63,936 nt of DNA from Octopus bimaculoides (taxonomy: Eukaryota): positions 12,410,992 through 12,474,927 of the forward strand of contig NC_068987.1 of NCBI RefSeq assembly GCF_001194135.2, written 5' to 3'. The notes under the pieces are model-generated. The model worked only from the letters and a program-made list of their open reading frames with translations. It did not search any database and was not told the origin of the DNA. How positions within the stretch are numbered: the stretch's first letter is position 1; each line of letters opens with the position of its first letter. The position numbers and the translations under genes are program-made. Shown one piece after another: positions 1-12,997 of this stretch.

Positions 1-74
1 TATATACTGGGGTTGGACTCACAAATATATATATATATACATACATACATATACGCAAAGACATACATACATAT

Positions 75-245
75 TGGTTTCAAATTTTGGCACCAGGCCA
101 GCAATTTCAGAGAAGGAGTAAGTTAATTACATTGACCCCCAGTGATGAAAAGCTAAGATGACTTTGGTGTAACTTGAACTAGAACACAAAGACAGACAAA
201 ACACCACTGAGCATTTTGCTTGGCATGCTAACAATTCTGCCAACT
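75..245 (-). mobile_element. SINE family B copy (others at about 2340-2545, 10582-10790, 44810-45012, 47410-47605, 47765-48010, 48435-48740, 49470-49595, 59890-60230)
   Basis: Shared ggcacaaggcc..tcgattacatcgaccccagt..actggtactta..gaaaggatgaaaggcaaagtcgacctc..gaatttgaactcagaac..ttctgccagctc motif chain. Confidence 0.78.
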
Positions 246-2197
246 CACATCATACACATACATATATATATATTTTTGCATACATATACATATATGTATA
301 CTTACAAATCCATGCATTATGCATGTGAACATGTTTTCTTTGTGTGCATGTATATGAATGTGCATATGTATGTGTGTGCATGTGTATGCATGTGCTCATG
401 TGTGTGAATACATGTATATACTGGCAGATGAACATAAAGCAAAATAATAGGTTAAGAAAATTAATGGCTATAGGCAACAAGATAAGACAAAATATTGTAA
501 ATTACAGCTGTGGTTCATATTTTGAGATTTTACGAAATCATCTTTTATTATCAAAATGATTGTACTAACATTATCCTAATTTGTTTTGCTACATATCCCA
601 TAAATCTCAAGCTAAAACTGTACTCTTTATATGGCTATTAATTTGGTTAAAAGCTGTAATGGGTTATTAGTAATTGGTGATTTAACATAACTAAAGAGTT
701 TTACAGAGTCCATTATTCAAACAATGGAAGACAAGGTAGAGCACAAGAATATTTTTGTAAAATATTTGTAAGAATATTAAAGTATGATTTGTGAGTGAAA
801 TTTGACTGATTGTCTCAAAAGCATTTGTGAGTGTAATATGTTCATTTATTCAATTGTCATATGGAAAACATATGATATATTTATCTATTGAAATATGTAA
901 ACAGTTATTTTCATGTCTTTAGTTTCATGTGTAAGACACACAAAAGGAAATGATGTGGCTACTGACAAGGCAAGCTTAGTGTAGATAAATAACAAAATTC
1001 TATTTTTCAAGATCCAACTATATCTCAGAGCATGACAAATCCTATATATGGGAAATAAACTGTTTTGCCAGTTAGAATTTGGAAATTCTTGAATAAACAT
1101 TGACAATGCAAGTATTCGCATATCTATTTCTGTATGCCTGGATACAAGTGCATGTGGTAAGAATTATTTTCCAATGGATTTTCAGTAAACTTTGTTTAAC
1201 TCTTGATTTCAGTTATTTGCAAGAAAGACCTTCATTCAATGAATTATAGTTTTTATTTTTAATTGAAAGAAACATGTTACTGGTCAGGCAAATTACATAG
1301 AGAGAAGAATCTTGCATGTTAGTACTAGAAATGTTTTATCTGCTTATTTGGTAATGAAAACAATAAAATTTTTTGTGAAAATATAGCTCACATTAAGACT
1401 ATTTCCTTTGGAAATCTAATGGTATCAATGATATCTGTGGAGAAATACTCATTTATAAGAAAATCTTGGAAATATGGAAGCAACCATTGCAACTATGTGG
1501 TGGATCACGCCATATGATATTTTATTTAATATTTTTATGCTTTTGATTATTAGTATTGTTCCTTTGAATCCACAATATATATGCATCTTTTTAATATAAA
1601 GAAGCATATATAAAACTGATTTAAAGATAAAACAGCTTTTATGCAGATACTCTTCAAAATTATGGTAGAAAAGCCACACAAATATTTACATATTATATTA
1701 CAATTAAAAGAACTATGCTCTATATCATGTTTCAGAAAATGTTTCTATAAAGAAAACTAAAAGAACATGGTTCAGTATATAACCATAGCACTAACAGCAC
1801 TATTATTATTATTATGTGTGTAATTTCTATTGATTTAATACACTTTTTGTCTCATTACATTCACTATGTTATGATCCACTTAAATACGTTCTCTTCATAC
1901 AGAAGGTGTCCTTATTTTTAATTGCTTAGTCAGTAAATGATTTTCACACAAAATTCAATATTGTTTAAAAATTGTTTTAAAACTTGGTAGCAGTATGTTA
2001 GACTATGTCTATCTGAGGAGGTCCTGATGAGACCTTTATCATCGTAACAATCAAAGATTGAACTACCCCGTTGTTTCATTATCCTTTTAATTTTTATCAA
2101 CTTAAAAAAACTTAAAGTCTAAAGTTATCTCCCTTACCACTCATGCAAAAAGATTGTCATTAACACAAATGGCTAATGACTTTTCTTCTCATTACAG

Positions 2198-2305
2198 GTG
2201 CAATTTGAATCAATTAAGAATAATTTTTGGCTCACTACACAAAATTCATTAACCCACATTTAGCTATATTTTCTTCATGCAGAGGACACCCCTGGCAAAA
2301 GAAAG
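2198..2305 (+). other. Candidate non-coding (5'UTR) exon, possibly of the sGC gene
   Basis: Strong acceptor ttttcttctcattacag|G and donor AAG|gtaagt 108 nt apart, with stops in all three frames. The ATG exon at 18181 begins with an acceptor, so an upstream exon is expected. Confidence 0.4.
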
Positions 2306-2807
2306 GTAAGTTTTACAAGTTATATTATTTCTACTCTAGACACAAGGCCTTGAAAATGTTTTGGGGAAGGCAGCGCTAGTGGATTATGTCAACCCCAGTG
2401 CATAACTGGTACTTATTTCATTGACTCCCAAAAGAATGAAAGGCAAAGACAACCTTGGCAGGATTTGAACTCAGAATAAAATACCATAGTCGAAATACCA
2501 CTAAGCATTTCGCTGACATGCTAATGATTTTGCCAGCTCATCATCCATCCTAATTTTACTAGTAACATGAAGACAAATAAATAAAAAGAAATTCTGTGTT
2601 GACTCCTTTTTTCTTTCGGTGTGTAACCAAGCTTTTGACTGTTTTTGACTTCTTTACTATTTTGGGTCTTTTTGTCTCGTTTTGGGGGACAGAGGCTGCA
2701 ACCGCTTCTGAAGTGTCGTGTTACTGAAATAAGCAATCATTTTATCAAATGATTATATCATCTAAAACAGTGTTTCTCAAACAATCTGGGATGATTGTGA
2801 TGACGAC

Positions 2808-2874
<67 letters not shown>

Positions 2875-5044
2875 NNNNNNNNNNNNNNNNNNNNNNNNNN
2901 NNNNNNNNNNNNNNNNNNNNNNNNNNNNNNNNNNNNNNNNNNNNNNNNNNNNNNNNNNNNNNNNNNNNNNNNNNNNNNNNNNNNNNNNNNNNNNNNNNNN
3001 NNNNNNNNNNNNNNNNNNNNNNNNNNNNNNNNNNNNNNNNNNNNNNNNNNNNNNNNNNNNNNNNNNNNNNNNNTAGGGGAGGAGGAGGATAGGGGAGGAG
3101 GAGGATAGGGAGGAGGAGGATAGGGGAGGAGGAGGAAGCAGAAGAGGCAGAAGGAGAAGAAGAAGAAGAAGATATTCTATGACTTGTATTTGTTTACCTA
3201 CTTTACCTATCTACTTATTCTTTCTCAGGAACTCTTATCGAAGTCTGTTAGTGGCACAGACACATTGAGCACATCTCAAAATATACACACATTCTACTTT
3301 TTCTTGCAGTTGAATTGTTTTTCAATAATACAGCCTTCAAACATTGTATCGAGGAATGCCAGTAAATTCTCATTATCGTTGGAGTCTAAAGTGTATAAGG
3401 AGGCTTTTGTTTTGTACAAATCTCTTACGTTAAAAATTCCTGATTTTATTATCAGAATTGCTTTATAACTCTTATGTTTCCATTGTTGTATATTCTTTTC
3501 TTTATCAACTTGCATCGGACACAATGTTTTTCAAAGCTAATCATACTCAGGGTTACATATTCTCATAAGAATACTGTTGTTGGTAGAGTTTAAACCCTTA
3601 TCTATCCTCAAGTACAAAGCAACTTTAAGCGTGGCTGTGTCGTTAATAAATTTGCATCCCGACTCAATTATATGGTTGATTCTGGGTTCAGTCCCACTGT
3701 GTGGCACCATGAGCAAGTATCTTTTGCTATAGCTCTGGGCCAACCAAAGCTTTGTGAGTGGATTTGGTACCTGGAAACTGAAAGAGGTTCATCCTATATA
3801 TGTATGTGCACATATATANNNNNNNNNNNNNNNNNNNNNNNNNNNNNNNNNNNNNNNNNNNNNNNNNNNNNNNNNNNNNNNNNNNNNNNNNNNNNNNNNN
3901 NNNNNNNNNNNNNNNNNNNNNNNNNNNNNNNNNNNNNNNNNNNNNNNNNNNNNNNNNNNNNNNNNNNNNNNNNNNNNNNNNNNNNNNNNNNNNNNNNNNN
4001 NNNNNNNNNNNNNNNNNNNNNNNNNNNNNNNNNNNNNNNNNNNNNNNNNNNNNNNNNNNNNNNNNNNNNNNNNNNNNNNNNNNNNNNNNNNNNNNNNNNN
4101 NNNNNNNNNNNNNNNNNNNNNNNNNNNNNNNNNNNNNNNNNNNATATATATAAGAATGGTAACAGACAGAGCATATGAACATAGAAAAGCTGTTTCAATA
4201 AATTCTGTTGAACCCATGAAGGTATGGTGAAATTGACATTAAAGCAATAACATATGGTGGTCTCTGATATAGTTCCCATCTACCAAAATTCCACTTGCAT
4301 GACAGTGAGGAGTGACTAAAACCTTTGGTGACATGCTGTGCTTGAGAAGACTTGTCAAGGCAAGAGAAATCATAGTTTTGGTTGATACCGGTGTCACATA
4401 ACTAGCACTTGTACTGGTGGTATGTAAAAAGCACCCATTACACCCTTGGAGTAGTTGGCATTAGGAAGGGCACCCAGCCGTAGAAATCATGCCAAATCAG
4501 ACTGAAATTTGGTGCAGCTCTGCAGTCAAAGCATCTAACCCATGCCAGCATGGAAAGCAGATGCTAAATGATGATGATGATGATGATGGCATTGGTGAAC
4601 ACAAGCCAACTGAAGAAGACATTTATTCAAAGTGAATTACAGTGGGAGCAAATCTGGAATCAAATGGTTGCAAAGCAAACTGGTTCACCCCATGGCTATG
4701 TCTACATATTTCTTATTTTTTATGGCAAAGCATTTTATTTTGGTAGGACAGTATCTTTAAGTCAGCTGAAGTTAGTTAATGACTGGAATTTTATTTCATA
4801 AACTTAGGAGATAAGAGAAGATTGTTGACTCAGTGCAGTAAAATATTTTTATCACTGATATTGTATTTCATAAACATTGCAGATAAGAGTATCTTAATTA
4901 CTTATATATATTTTTTTCTCTCAAACCTTATGGATATGAAAAGGTTTCAACTCAGTTGAAATATCAAACAAATAATGGTAAAACGACCAGACATGTCATT
5001 CGGTACAATATTTTGAAGTTTTAAAGAAGATATAATTCACTACA

Positions 5045-5370
5045 TGAAGGCGCATGTCTTCGTGGTTAGGGTATTATATGGCTTCTGATTGCAAGGTCGT
5101 GAGTTCAATTCCTAGAGACATGTTGTATCCTTAAACAAGACGCTTTGTTTCCTGTTGCTCCAGGCCACTCAGCTGACAAAAAATTAGTAGTTCCTGTATT
5201 TCAAAGGGCCACCCTTGTCACATTCTGTGTCATACTGAATCTCCCTGAGAACTATATTAAGGGTACATGTGTCTGTGGAGTACTCAGCCATTTGCACATT
5301 AATTTCATGAGCAGGCTGTTCCATTGGTTATATCAACTGGAACACTCGTCATCATAACTGGCAGAGTGCC
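5045..5370 (+). mobile_element. tRNA-headed SINE family D (second copy at about 43855-44175; minus-strand partials at about 19545-19720, 24040-24230, 38900-39070)
   Basis: gtggttaggg..gagttcaattc head; shared gtagttcctgtatttcaaagggcca..cttgtca.attctgtgtcat body. Confidence 0.72.
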
Positions 5371-6589
5371 AATTCCCTACACTGAATTAACGATCATACA
5401 AATTAATAGGGCCAGAATATATGAGTTTGCTTGGATGAAAAATATACTGAACAGGTCACGAGTTCCTCATAGTACCATATGACAATATTGTACAATAATG
5501 GTGCAAAATATGGTTAGGTTCAAGTGAGGTTCTGTGATTAAGAAGCTTGCTTCCCAAGCATACTGACCCAGGGTCTGTCACACTGCACAACAAGTGTATA
5601 ATGAGAGGCAAGGTTCTCGATATCAGTTGAATATCGCCTTCTCTCATTAATTTCTTGTTCTTTGTGTTGTTTAAGGCTCCAGCAATCGAGGAAAGAAGTC
5701 TTAGGCAAAACGCAGGTCCTCAAGCAGTTTTATTTACACTATACACAGGAGTGAAGTGTGTTGCTCTCTGTAACCATCTTGTGCTGTGTGAGTTCATCGT
5801 TCTTTGTTATGTGGTCCCATTGCCTCAGGAGATACGACAAGCAAATTAGCCTAGAGGCCCAGCCAGTGAAGTGTGCTCTGCAAGCAGCGCTCGCAATGGA
5901 AAGAGAGCGAATCTGGCTGCTTGGCTGTTTTATCCAGTTTGCCATCGTGATTAGCCTCGTTGTGATCTCGTGCATGGCAAATGGATGCAGGTGAGATCTC
6001 ACTCCAAACTTGGAGATGGCAATGGCTCCCGCGAGATCTCATCCAACATGGTGCTGACTGCTTGTGCCACTACAAATGTCTTCTAGCATAGTTTCAGACC
6101 AAATAAAGCATGGGAATACAGTAGAAGATTTAATGGAGAAATATTTGATGGAACTGAATGCCAGACACTTTATTTTGGCAATAAATACAAATACAACTTA
6201 AGAGAAATGTGCTTCTTAAAACATTAAGTATGTTTTATTCTGAAGAATATTAGGAGAAAATTGGTGCTTCCAATAATCCACTAGGTTTTAGGGGTGCCAC
6301 TGAAGACTTTGGTGCTGGTGTCATGTAAAAAGAACCCTGGCCACTATGTAAAGTGGTTGGCATTAGGAAGGGCATCTAGCTGTAAAAACTCTGCTAAAAC
6401 AGACAGTGAATTCTGGTGCTGTCTTCTGCCATGCCAGCCCCTGTAAAACCATCCAACCCATGTCAGCATGGAAGACAGATGTTAAATGATGCTGATAGAT
6501 GATGATATTGTGTCTATATATATTGAAGGGAGATGGAAAATTGCCCCAGCGGAAGATATTGATAAATCCTGATGCATCTCAGCCTTCAT

Positions 6590-6790
6590 AGGTTGCCATG
6601 ATTAATCGCTGACCAAACACCATTCAATTTTTTTTCTCCGTGCTTTTCTCCTCGTTTTCTCCGTATTCTTTCTGTTGAAGAGCATAGCTCGAAACGTTAA
6701 AGACTTTCTGTATTCCCGAGCGTTAAACTAATACATCCTTTTGTTGTTTACACCACCTGTCCTCGTCTGTTGTTGTTTTTTTCGTAAATT
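6590..6790 (+). mobile_element. Penelope-like element terminal fragment with hammerhead-like motif
   Basis: TCTTT-CTGTTGA-A-GAGC ata GCTC-GAAAC-GTT-AAAGA at 6667-6703; an inverted copy lies at 8880-9035. Confidence 0.6.
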
Positions 6791-6904
6791 CCCCCATTTA
6801 TAGGTTAGCCACAGCCAGGACAATCTTTTGTATATATACAATGGTACATATACATTAAGTATGGCACATAATTGACTATTTTAATTTGGTACTACTTCAA
6901 TTAC

Positions 6905-7300
6905 CTTTTACTTGTTTCAGTCATTGAACTACAGCCATGCTGGGTCACTATCATGAAGGGTTTGGTCAAATAAATCAACCACAGTACCTATTTTTTAAGC
7001 CTGGTACTTTTTCTCTCAGTATCTTTTGCTGAACCACTAAGTTATGGAGATGTTAACAAACCATCACCATTTGTCAAGTGATGGTGGGGACCAAACACAC
7101 ACAGGCATGCACACACACACAAATACACACACGCACACACACACAATGGGCTTCTTTCAGCTTCCATCTACCAAATCTACTCATAAGGCTCTGGTCAGTC
7201 TGAGGATATAGTAGAAGGCACTTGCCCAAGGTGCCACAAAGTGGAACTGAACCTAGAACCACATAGTAGGAAGGTAAATTTCTTACCACACCATACCATA
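6905..7300 (-). mobile_element. SINE family A, older copy
   Basis: Reverse complement of the family A body and head around a (CA)n core. Confidence 0.75.
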
Positions 7301-7914
7301 CCACAGTCACACCTCATCATCATCATCATCATCGTTTAACGTCCGCTTTCCATGCTAGCATGGGTTGGACGATTTGACTGAAGACTGGTGGACCAGGTGG
7401 CTACACCAGGCTCCAATCTGATTTGGCAGAGTTTCTACAGCTGGATGCCCTTCCTAATGCCAACTACTCCGAGAGTGTAGTGGGTGCTTTTACATGCCAC
7501 CGGCACGAAGGCCAGTCAGGCGGTACTGGCAACTATAATAAAATATTTTTCTTTTAATATTCTCTGTTATATCGAAATTAAATGAAGCCAAACTAGAAAT
7601 AGACAAGCATTTCCATTTCCAGTTTTGTGATAAAATATGTTTGTGGTCTGAACTCAAATCTTAAACGGGGTCGTCTTTACTTTCTGTCTTTCATGGTCAA
7701 TAAAATAAATAGTAGTGAAGTTTCGTGGATCAATATAATTGACGATATGCTCCAACAAAATGTGTGACCTGGTGCTCATGTGAGAAATCAATACTGAAAA
7801 AGTAATTATCAGCACATGTAAAGTGAAAGTCAGTCATTCTCAGTGTTGTAGCATGGGCAGGACTAGAAGAGTGGCTGCCATGAGCGCAAAATTAAAAAAA
7901 AAAAAATTTTTTTG

Positions 7915-8127
7915 TTTATTATTTGTTTTAGTCATTAGACTGTCGAGCCTTAAAGAATTTTAGTCAACCGAATCGACCCTGAGTTTATTTTTTTGTTATG
8001 CCTGGCATTTATTCTATCAGTGTCTTTTGCCAAACTGCTAAGTTATCGGGATGTAAATACACTACACCAACACTAGTTATCAATCAGTGGTGAGGAACAA
8101 ACACAGACACAAATACACATGTGCACG

Positions 8128-8182
<55 letters not shown>

Positions 8183-8340
8183 CAGGCTTCTTCCAGTTTC
8201 CATCAACCAAACTCACTCACAAGCCTTTGGTTGGCCCAAAGTTATTGTAGAAGGTGCTTGCACAAGGCACCACACAATGGGACTGAACTTGGAACCATGT
8301 AGTTGGAAAGCAAACTTCTTAATGACACAACCATGTCTGC
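7915..8340 (-). mobile_element. SINE family A, older copy
   Basis: Same layout with a (CA)n core. Confidence 0.75.
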
Positions 8341-8879
8341 ACCAAACAATAATCAAAAATTTTAAATAAATAGATAAGTNNNNNNNNNNNNNNNNNNNNN
8401 NNNNNNNNNNNNNNNNNNNNNNNNNNNNNNNNNNNNNNNNNNNNNNNNNNNNNNNNNNNNNNNNNNNNNNNNNNNNNNNNNNNNNNNNNNNNNNNNNNNN
8501 NNNNNNNNNNNNNNNNNNNNNNNNNNNNNNNNNNNNNNNNNNNNNNNNNNNNNNNNNNNNNNNNNNNNNNNNNNNNNNNNNNNNNNNNNNNNNNNNNNNN
8601 NNNNNNNNNNNNNNNNNNNNNNNNNNNNNNNNNNNNNNNNNNNNNNNNNNNNNNNNNNNNNNNNNNNNNNNNNNNNNNNNNNNNNNNNNNNNNNNNNNNN
8701 NNNNNNNNNNNNNNNNNNNNNNNNNNNNNNNNNNNNNNNNNNNNNNNNNNNNNNNNNNNNNNNNNNNNNNNNNNNNNNNNNNNNNNNNNNNNNNNNNNNN
8801 NNNNNNNNNNNNNNNNNNNNNNNNNNNNNNNNNNNNNNNNNNNNNNNNNNNNNNNNNNNNNNNNNNNNNNNNNNNNNNN

Positions 8880-9035
8880 GTGTAAACAACAAATGGATGT
8901 ATTAGTTTAACGCTCAGGAATAGAGAAAGTCTTTAACGTTTCAAGCTACGCTCTTCAACAGAAAGAAATAAGGAGAAAAACAAGGAGAAAAAAAATTTTA
9001 ATGTCGTGGTCAGCGATCTATCATGGCAACTGCTG
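8880..9035 (-). mobile_element. Second copy of the Penelope-like terminal fragment
   Basis: Reverse complement of about 6590-6760, including ctgttgaagagcgtagcttgaaacgttaaaga. Confidence 0.6.
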
Positions 9036-9239
9036 GACAGAAAGTTTGTCCCCCTAGCATTGCTTGACAACCGATGCTGGTGTGTTTACGTCCCCGTAAC
9101 TTAGCGGTTCAGCAAAAGAGACCGATAGAATAAGTATTAGGCTTACAAAGAATAAGTCCTGGGGTCGATTTACTTGACTAAAGGCGGTGCTCCAGCATGG
9201 CCACAGTCAAATGACTGAAACAAGTAAAAGAAAAAAATC

Positions 9240-9430
9240 TATTGTTGATTTCAGTTGTGAAGCCTATTTCCTTGATAGCTTTCTTCAGTTGTCTGGGTTT
9301 CAGACCAATCTTCTGCAGGAAATACCACACTAATCCAGGTGGAAAGCCATGGCAACTGACTTCAATAGGGAATAAGGCTGCAAACCATCACATGATAAGT
9401 GCCTTGCTAAGTCCTGATGTTTGGGTATTT
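9240..9430 (-). mobile_element. Hero-like non-LTR retrotransposon fragment (RLE domain C-terminus)
   Basis: WFAALFPIEVSCHGFPPGLVWYFLQKIGLKPRQLKKAIKEI. Confidence 0.6.
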
Positions 9431-10360
9431 TTTTACATACATCTCAATCAAAACAATGTAAATATGAACAGATTTTGAACTAAAGTGTGTTGGATGCCAG
9501 GAATGAAGAAGAAGAAGAAGAAGAAGAAGAAGAAGAAGAAGAAGAAGAAGAAGAAGAAGAAGAAGAAGAAGAAGAAGAAGAAGAAAATTCTTTAACAGGT
9601 GGAACATATATAAATTATATTTATTCTTTCATCAGTACACTGACTGAGAAGTTATAAAATTTGGCATCCCGCTGTGATGCTGCAATCTTTGCGTTGAGTA
9701 TCTTCATCTGCCAAAAGTAATAAACTGATTTAAATAAATAAATTTAAAAAAATGAATTAGTGATGTTTGTTTTTTGTTTTGTTTATTTATATATTATTTT
9801 TAAACCAAAGTTCTTAATAGAAAAAGTTGCTAAAGAAAAATCAGGATCTATTTATGTGAGTACTCAAATCAATTATGTAATAACTTCCTTATGCTAACAA
9901 TTTTTAAAAATAATTTTTGGATGGTGTATATTTTTCAAGTAGGCAGAATAATTAATGAATTAGGAAGCTATTTTGCATTAATGCTGTAATTATATAAAAG
10001 GTGTCAATGGTTGAACATATCACCTGTTTGTTTGTAGATAAAGTAGCATTTTAGCTACTTAATCAATTCAAGAGTTTATGCATTATTATGTAGGTATACT
10101 TATGAGCCTTGTAAGTGGATTTAGTACATGGAAACTGAAAAAGAAGCCCAGCGTATATACGTATACAGATATGTGTATATATAAATGTGTATGTGTGTGT
10201 AGTCCATTCTGTTGGGTGGTTGGTGTTAGGAAGGGCACCCAGCCATAAAAACCTTGCCAAAATAAACACAGAAGTCAAGTGAAGGCGTCTGCCTGACTGG
10301 CTCCTGTCAAGCCATCCCACCCATTCCAGCTTGGAAGGCAGACGTTAAACAATGATGATG

Positions 10361-10424
<64 letters not shown>

Positions 10425-11859
10425 ATACACACACACACATTTTTACATATTGTTTTTATTTTGGTCAAGTCACTCTCTTGCTACTCTTAAGTTTCACCTT
10501 GCTTGAAGAACCTTGAAGAACCCACAGGTGAGGAAACTCAGAGTAGCAAGAAATTGAGTCAAACAAAATAAAAATATTAGTTTCAAATTTTGGCACAAGG
10601 CCAGAAATTTCGAGGAAGGGACTAAGTTGATTTCATCAACTCTAGTAATCAGCTGGTACTTAGTTTATCGACCCCAAAAGAATGAAAAGCAAAGTTAACC
10701 CCAGCAGACTTTGAGCTCAGAACATAACAACAGATGAAATGCCCCTAAGCATTTTGTTTGGCATGCTAATGGCTCAGCCAGCTTGTCACCAAAATATTAT
10801 TAATTTCTATGTGAGTGACAGTTTGAGAAAACACTAGATTTTCCTAAAAAAGAAAACAACTATCTAACAGGTACTTTACAAATATAATTTGTAAGCAGAA
10901 CAGTAAAAATATGCAAAACGTTTCTCAAATTCCAAAGATAGAGCTTTGTATTTTCATTAGAAACCAGCACCTTCTTTATAATTAAAAATAGAAGAGATAT
11001 GTGTATATACGTGTATATATAACATAATATATAATTATATGTATATATGTACATACCGACATCTATATGTACACATACAAGTATATATGGGTACAGGACA
11101 TCACAAAAAACGTTAAACACAATGAGAAACGAAAACATAAAGACGAAGACAGAAAACGAACATTTTTCGAACAACAAAAAAAAAAAAAACTGAGAAACGA
11201 GACATGCAACATAAAGAGTATTTCCCTTATTCAGTTGTCCCTGCTCCATCAACTTCGCGTAACTGACAGAATCTCCCTCAGATAAAAAAGACATGGGTAG
11301 AACCTTTATGACCTGATTAGACAGGCATTGAGGGGACAGAAGGTAGCAGCAAGTCAAAGAAAGACAGCAACAATACCCAAAAGTAGATGCAAAATACACA
11401 GGAACAAAATACAAGACAGAAAAGTGAAGGGTAAAAGAGCCGCAAAGATGGAAGGGATATAGGCATGTTCTCAGATGGAAGAGATACTGAATTCAATAAG
11501 GTGGCCAATGTTGTTGTTAGAAATCTTCATCATTATCATCATCATCATCATCATCATCATCATTTAACGTTTGGTTTCCATGCTGGCATGGGTTGGATAG
11601 TTTGACAGAAGCTGACCAGATGGTGACTAATCTTTTGGGTTTCTACCAAATTAGCTGCCTGACATCAAATATTTAGTGTGCCAATGTATAGGGAAGCAAA
11701 ACGTTGCAGATATGGTAAGCAATTAATGTTTCAAGCAAGTCTAGAATTGTTAGATCAGTATAGACTAGCATATATCAAAATATATCATAAAAGACTTGGG
11801 TGAATACCTTGTGTAGCAACGTAATAATTTAAGAACTATTTTCAGTTCAGGAAAAAGAC

Positions 11860-12122
11860 TTTGCTGTATCTTGGGAGAGTCATTATGCCAATAGTAATAA
11901 CAAATGCACTGGTTCAACACCACTTCTTCGTTGGTAATCAATGGATTAAATATCTGACCTACTAACTAGGTTAGATACTTAACCAAATTTGACATTTAGA
12001 TATTTAACCAATTTAGACATTTAGATATTCAACCTATTGATTAACAATAAAGAAGTGGTATTGAACCAGTGCATGTGTTATTATTATTATTGGCATAATG
12101 ACCCTCTCAAGACACAACAAAA
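11860..12122. repeat. Long imperfect inverted repeat (about 100-bp arms, about 70-bp spacer)
   Basis: tcttgggagagtcattatgccaata...tgcactggttcaacaccacttctt pairs with aagaagtggtattgaaccagtgca...tattggcataatgaccctctcaaga. Confidence 0.88.
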
Positions 12123-12802
12123 TTTGTTTCAACACACAAATTCACGTCAAGAATCTTGCAAACCAAATATGAAAATGAAGTAAAAATGATTTCCTTACCT
12201 GTTCCATTTTTCTGAAAGAATTAACTCAGAGCATGACTTTGATTAGAACATTAGAAAGAAAAGACCAATGTTTGCTAGATTCACTTTCAATGTAATTCCT
12301 TAAAGAATATTACTTTATGAGTGACTTCATTATTTCATCTTCGATTCCTTAAATCCATCAATAATGGCATAATTTTTCTCAATTCTTAACACATTTTCCA
12401 TTCATACGGACATAGGTTTTTTTTGCCAAAGAATTTACAAAATGTCATAAATAGGCGCAAATCTAATGTTTTCAGATGTTCATCCGAGAAAATTGAAGAT
12501 GTGGCTGGTTTTTCTTTGCTTATTCCTGTTCAGTTGTAATTTGAAAGATTTAAGATTAATAAAAAACATTTCCCTTGAAACTTGTTTAATTTTTGGGATA
12601 TAAAATTCCTTCGATTTTGAATTAGTCTTGCAAGATATTTGAACTGAAACCATGTACTGAAACCAATATTGCATTTCAAAAAAGTCATAATTAATAAATC
12701 TTATAAACACATGAATGCATTGGTTGTTGCTTGTCTATATTTCACAATAAATGCTTGATGTTTGTTTCTGTTCCCACAAATTTTTTCCACAACACCAATT
12801 TA

Positions 12803-12997
12803 CTGTATTTGATGGCATAAAAGATGAACAGGTATATAAGATGCACCCCAAATTCTGCAGCGCATATTCAAGAAAAAAAAATTTATTGCGTTAATGCTTA
12901 AAGAAGGCTCAACTTTGCATATAAAGACCTGGGATGTTTTATTCTTTCGAGACTTTTTTGTGGAAAACCAATGTGTCTTATATGCCATCAAATAGAG
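12803..12997. mobile_element. pogo/Tigger-like (Tc1-mariner superfamily) MITE
   Basis: TA|ctgtatttgatggcataaaagat...tcttatatgccatcaaatagag|TA; about 25-bp TIRs with TA flanks. Confidence 0.75.

Noticed and set aside
2012-2050. CTGAGGA-GGTC..GACC and CTGATGA, hammerhead-like
   Set aside because: No GAAA after stem II and no stem I partner.
3294-3524. Minus ORF with NENLLAFLD, weakly like a Penelope RT thumb motif
   Set aside because: One short motif only; flanking RT motifs were not found.
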